A DNA stretch of 64,000 nt, from positions 794,916 through 858,915 of the forward strand of contig NZ_CP020921.1 of the NCBI RefSeq assembly GCF_003057965.1. Reading direction: 5' to 3'. Positions within the stretch are counted from its first letter, which is position 1; each line of letters begins with the position of its first letter. Source of the stretch: Thermodesulfobium acidiphilum (GTDB lineage: Bacteria > Thermodesulfobiota > Thermodesulfobiia > Thermodesulfobiales > Thermodesulfobiaceae). Made by a program: the position numbers and the translations under genes. Of the stretch, positions 60,376 to 64,000 are shown one piece after another. The notes below the pieces were generated by a model that saw only the letters and a program-made list of their open reading frames with translations, made no database searches and was not told the origin of the DNA.

Positions 60376-62280
60376 ATGGCCAGAAAGCTATATAGAAAGT
60401 TAATGGATCCTAAAGATGCTCTTGAGCTTTTGTTAGATGAGGTTAAATTGATAAATAAAAGTCCTATTGGTTCTGAAGAAATAAAAACAGTTAATGCAGG
60501 CGGCAGAATTGCAAGTAAGAATATTATAGCTAAAATTACATGTCCTAACTTTCAATCTTCTGCTATGGATGGATATGCGCTTGTCGCAAAATCTACAAAA
60601 GAAGCAAGTGTTCACTCTCCTCTCAGGATTAATAAGGATAAGTTTATTGAAGTTGATACAGGCGATTTTATTCCACATCCGTTTGATTGTGTGGTGATGG
60701 TAGAGAAAACCAGACAAAATCCAGACGGGTCTATCACTATATTTGAAGCAATGCATCCTGGAGAAAATATTAGGTTAATTGGAGAAGATTTTAATCCAGG
60801 AGAAATAGTTGTTTATGGAGGGCAAGAGATTTCTACTTTTGAAATTATGTCACTTTTAGCTACCGGAAACGATATTGTAACTGTAAACAAAAGACCAAGG
60901 GCTGTAATAATTGCAACAGGAGACGAAATTACAAATAGTTACGAAAATCTTGATAAAAATATGTACTTTAACTTTAATGGACCAGCTATATCTTATTTTC
61001 TAAAGGAACATAAAGCTATAGTAGAAGAGACACCAATATTGCCTGACAATATTAAGGTTTTACAAGAATATCTAAATAAATATTCCGAATTTGACTTAAT
61101 ACTAATGATAGGCGGATCTTCATTTGGCAGAGACGATTATACTGCAAGTATTTTGGAAGAAAATGGCAAGTTACTTGCACATGGAGTTTATTTAAGACCA
61201 GGAAAGCCAGTTATACTTGGTTCTATTAATAAATCGATTTTTATTGGTTTACCAGGTTATTCTGCTGCTTGCGCAGTTATTTTGGATTACTTTGTTAAAC
61301 CTGTTTTAAACACGATGACCGGGAAAGTAGAATTCACTAAAAAGTCCCCTGTAAGTATTTACAAACCTATAACTTCAAGCTCTGGAGAAGAAGAGAGGAT
61401 ACGAGGACAGGTAGCAAAGATTAAAGACAAAATATATTTTTATCCTTTAAATAGGTCTTCTAGCTCGGTTTCTTCTTTATTGTATGCTGATGGTATCTGT
61501 ATTTTAGAGAAGGGAATACAAGGGAGTACTGAACAAGAAAGTTTTGACTTTATATTTTGGAGAAAAGAAGATCTTAGTGAGAATTCGATTGTAGTACTTG
61601 GCAGTAACGATCCCCTTTTACCATATATTTCATCAAAATTATATAAAGATTTTAAGTTAAGAATTGTTTCTTCCCCTTCAGGAAGTTTGGCTGGCATAGC
61701 CTCGTTAAAGGATGGATTATGTCACGTTGCAGCAACTCATTTGTTTGATAGTGAGACGGGAGAATATAATATTCCATTTATATTAAAATATTTTGATAAA
61801 GGTGATACAATATTGGTAATGTTAGCATATAGGCAACAGGGTATGATGGTAAAAAAGGGAAATCCTTTTAATGTACAAAGTCTTGAAGACATAGTATCGA
61901 AAGGCTTAAGAATAGTTAACAGGCAAAAAGGTGCTGGTACTAGAGTGCTTTTGGATTATGAGATGAATAAGTTGGGGATAAAGCCGTCTCAAATTTTGGG
62001 CTATGAAAATGAAGTTTTTACGCATTATGCTGCAGCTACTAGCATTCTTAGTTCGGTTGCAGATGTTGCTTTTGGCATTCAATATACTGCTGATTTTTTG
62101 GGTTTGGATTTTATTCCCTGGAAAAAAGAAAATTTTGAACTTTGTATTTGTAAAAATAGTTTAAATGATCCTAAGATTTTGTCTTTGATTGACTTAATTA
62201 AAAGTAAATCCTTTATTGATGCGAATTTAAATTTTAGCGGTTATGATTTTTCTGATACGGGTAAAATAAGGGAGGTTTAA
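60376..62280 (+). CDS. MoeA fused to C-terminal PBP/LysR-type substrate-binding domain
   Basis: SAMDGYA, TGD, RPGKP; C-terminal GSND, GSLAG, VNRQKGAGTRVLLD. Confidence 0.92.
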   Translation: MARKLYRKLMDPKDALELLLDEVKLINKSPIGSEEIKTVNAGGRIASKNIIAKITCPNFQSSAMDGYALVAKSTKEASVHSPLRINKDKFIEVDTGDFIPHPFDCVVMVEKTRQNPDGSITIFEAMHPGENIRLIGEDFNPGEIVVYGGQEISTFEIMSLLATGNDIVTVNKRPRAVIIATGDEITNSYENLDKNMYFNFNGPAISYFLKEHKAIVEETPILPDNIKVLQEYLNKYSEFDLILMIGGSSFGRDDYTASILEENGKLLAHGVYLRPGKPVILGSINKSIFIGLPGYSAACAVILDYFVKPVLNTMTGKVEFTKKSPVSIYKPITSSSGEEERIRGQVAKIKDKIYFYPLNRSSSSVSSLLYADGICILEKGIQGSTEQESFDFIFWRKEDLSENSIVVLGSNDPLLPYISSKLYKDFKLRIVSSPSGSLAGIASLKDGLCHVAATHLFDSETGEYNIPFILKYFDKGDTILVMLAYRQQGMMVKKGNPFNVQSLEDIVSKGLRIVNRQKGAGTRVLLDYEMNKLGIKPSQILGYENEVFTHYAAATSILSSVADVAFGIQYTADFLGLDFIPWKKENFELCICKNSLNDPKILSLIDLIKSKSFIDANLNFSGYDFSDTGKIREV

Positions 62281-62281
62281 A

Positions 62282-63256
62282 TTGGTAGATTTATTTGGAA
62301 GAAATATAGATTATGCTAGAATTTCAATTACCGATAGATGTAACTATAGATGTATCTATTGTATGCCTGAGGAAGGTGTAAATTTTATTCCTCACGAAGA
62401 AATTTTGCGTTTTGAAGAAATAGTTAGGATTATAAAGATTTTAAAGGAATTAGGAATAAAGAAAGTGAGATTAACAGGGGGAGAACCATTAGTAAGAAAA
62501 AATGTAGTAGAACTTATTAGAAGAATAACAGAAATCAAACTGGACGATGTGTCCCTTACTACCAACGGTTCCCTATTAAAGATATATGCTGAAGATTTAT
62601 TTAAATCAGGGTTAAGGAGATTAAACATTAGTCTTGATACTTTAAATTGTGAAAGATTTACAAGTATTACTCGAAAGGGTACTCTTATAGACGTTTTAGA
62701 AGGAATAGAAAAGGCTATTTCAGTAGGTTTTAATCCTGTGAAGTTAAACGTAGTTGTCATGAAAGGGATTAACGATCAAGATGATCTGATTGCTCTTGCA
62801 AATCTTACAAGGGAGAGAGAAATTCACGTAAGATTTATTGAGATAATGCCTATTGGGGATAACGATCAAAATGATAAGTTTATTAGTTGTGAGGAAATAA
62901 TGGAAAATATATCGAAGTTTTTTAAGCTTGAAAGCACAAAGGGTCCTTTTGGAAATGGTCCAGCAGAATATTACAAGCTTGAAAACTCAAAGGGTACTAT
63001 AGGTTTTATTTCTCCACTTAGCAAACACTTTTGTGCGAAATGTAACAGAATAAGAATTACATCAGATGGAATGATAAGGCTTTGTTTGTTCTCTGACGTT
63101 GAATATAATTTAAAAGAAAAACTAAGATCAAATTTAACTGACGAAGAAATAAAAAAATTTATTTTAGAAACTTTGTTTTATAAGCCAAAAGGTCATCCGT
63201 ATATTCAAAAAGCTAGAGAAATTTATCATAGAAACATGTCTGCTATTGGAGGATAA
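62282..63256 (+). CDS. moaA: GTP 3',8-cyclase
   Basis: CNYRCIYC, LTGGEP, RFIEIMP, CAKCNRIR…C, C-terminal IGG. Confidence 0.97.
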   Translation: MVDLFGRNIDYARISITDRCNYRCIYCMPEEGVNFIPHEEILRFEEIVRIIKILKELGIKKVRLTGGEPLVRKNVVELIRRITEIKLDDVSLTTNGSLLKIYAEDLFKSGLRRLNISLDTLNCERFTSITRKGTLIDVLEGIEKAISVGFNPVKLNVVVMKGINDQDDLIALANLTREREIHVRFIEIMPIGDNDQNDKFISCEEIMENISKFFKLESTKGPFGNGPAEYYKLENSKGTIGFISPLSKHFCAKCNRIRITSDGMIRLCLFSDVEYNLKEKLRSNLTDEEIKKFILETLFYKPKGHPYIQKAREIYHRNMSAIGG

Positions 63257-63257
63257 A

Positions 63258-63722
63258 ATGTTTACTCATTTAGATAATAAAGGAAAAGCTCATATGGTAG
63301 ATATTGGAAAAAAGATTGATACTATAAGAGAGGCTAAAGCTCAAGCTTTTATTAGATTGACCGAAAAAACTCTTAATATAATAAAGGATCAAAATATTCC
63401 AAAAGGTGATATATTTTCCACAGCAAGAATTGCTGGGATTTTAGCTGCAAAAAAAACATGGGAACTGATCCCATTAACTCATCCAATACCAATTAATCAA
63501 ATTAGTATAGATTTTGAGGTTAAAGAAAATGGGATCATGATATTTTCTCAAGTAAAAACTAATTTTAAAACTGGAGTGGAAATGGAAGCGTTGGTAGCAG
63601 TTAATTTAGCAGCATTAACGATTTACGATATGATAAAAGCTGTTGAAAGAGGAGCTGTTATCGAGGATGTAAAGTTATTATATAAATCTGGTGGCAAATC
63701 TGGCACATATGAGTATACCTAA
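63258..63722 (+). CDS. moaC: Cyclic pyranopterin monophosphate synthase
   Basis: FTHL…MVD, LIPLTHP, TGVEMEAL, TIYDMIKA, KSGGKSG. Confidence 0.96.
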   Translation: MFTHLDNKGKAHMVDIGKKIDTIREAKAQAFIRLTEKTLNIIKDQNIPKGDIFSTARIAGILAAKKTWELIPLTHPIPINQISIDFEVKENGIMIFSQVKTNFKTGVEMEALVAVNLAALTIYDMIKAVERGAVIEDVKLLYKSGGKSGTYEYT

Positions 63723-63757
63723 TAAATTAATAAAAAAACTTTTTTGAGGTGTAAACT

Positions 63758-64000
63758 ATGGATAAAAAAGTTACATTTGCCGTAGTAACGCTATCTGATT
63801 CTGGATACAAAGGAGAAAGAGAAGACCTTAGTGGGGAAAAAATTATTGAAATTTGTAAAGAAAGGGGTTTTTTACTGTCTTGTTATGAAATTTTGCCAGA
63901 TGAAAAGAATTTATTGATAGAAAAGCTGATTGAACTTTCTAACCAAAAAATAAACCTAATTTTAACAACTGGTGGAACAGGTTTTTCTGAAAGAGATATC
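63758..64000 (+). CDS. MogA/MoaB molybdopterin adenylyltransferase, 3'-truncated by window edge
   Basis: VVTLSD…REDLSG…PDE…TTGGTGFSERD; not in the ORF track because it runs off the window. Confidence 0.92.
   Translation, partial: MDKKVTFAVVTLSDSGYKGEREDLSGEKIIEICKERGFLLSCYEILPDEKNLLIEKLIELSNQKINLILTTGGTGFSERDI

Noticed and set aside
590-62760. Many short opposite-strand or alternate-frame ORFs in the track (e.g. 984-1352, 9864-10319, 23963-24343, 51446-51841, 57198-57560, 62392-62760)
   Set aside because: They lie within or overlap well-supported genes and have the Ser/Phe/Ile-rich composition of antisense shadows, with no motifs.

Overview
Low-GC, AT-rich bacterial chromosome segment that is almost fully coding. 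Gene content points to an anaerobe; my impression is Thermodesulfobium-like, which is inference only. Most of the window is housekeeping: ilvE (partial), AddAB-type helicase/nuclease, bcp, an Acs-family ligase plus PaaI thioesterase, fhs, def-fmt-rsmB-rlmN-ribD-nadE-hom, a minus-strand smc-ispA-DUF212-dxs-nadK-recN-pgeF block, two ferredoxins, ftsY-ffh-rpsP-khpA-trmD-rplS-lepB-rnhB-yraN-comM/yifB-dprA, heme genes, topA-trmFO-xerC-rph and a Moco cluster. Accessory DNA at 6.6-13 kb includes a MORN-repeat pseudogene, an 883-bp internally deleted IS21 element with intact ends, and two orphan ORFs. The best candidate for something undescribed is a 1070-aa membrane-anchored fusion of a PQQ-type beta-propeller, a degenerate FAD domain and an intact FAD-oxidoreductase domain, heading a ~10-kb block between dprA and topA. 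Other points of note are an smc with an apparent AUU start, short length and altered hinge glycines, ispA with an apparent CUG start, a 'queD' carrying the PTPS-III (FolB-replacing) motif, and an Acs homologue with an altered acyl-pocket motif. I recognised no CRISPR array, rRNA, tRNA or riboswitch. All family assignments come from motif recognition by eye, not database searches.
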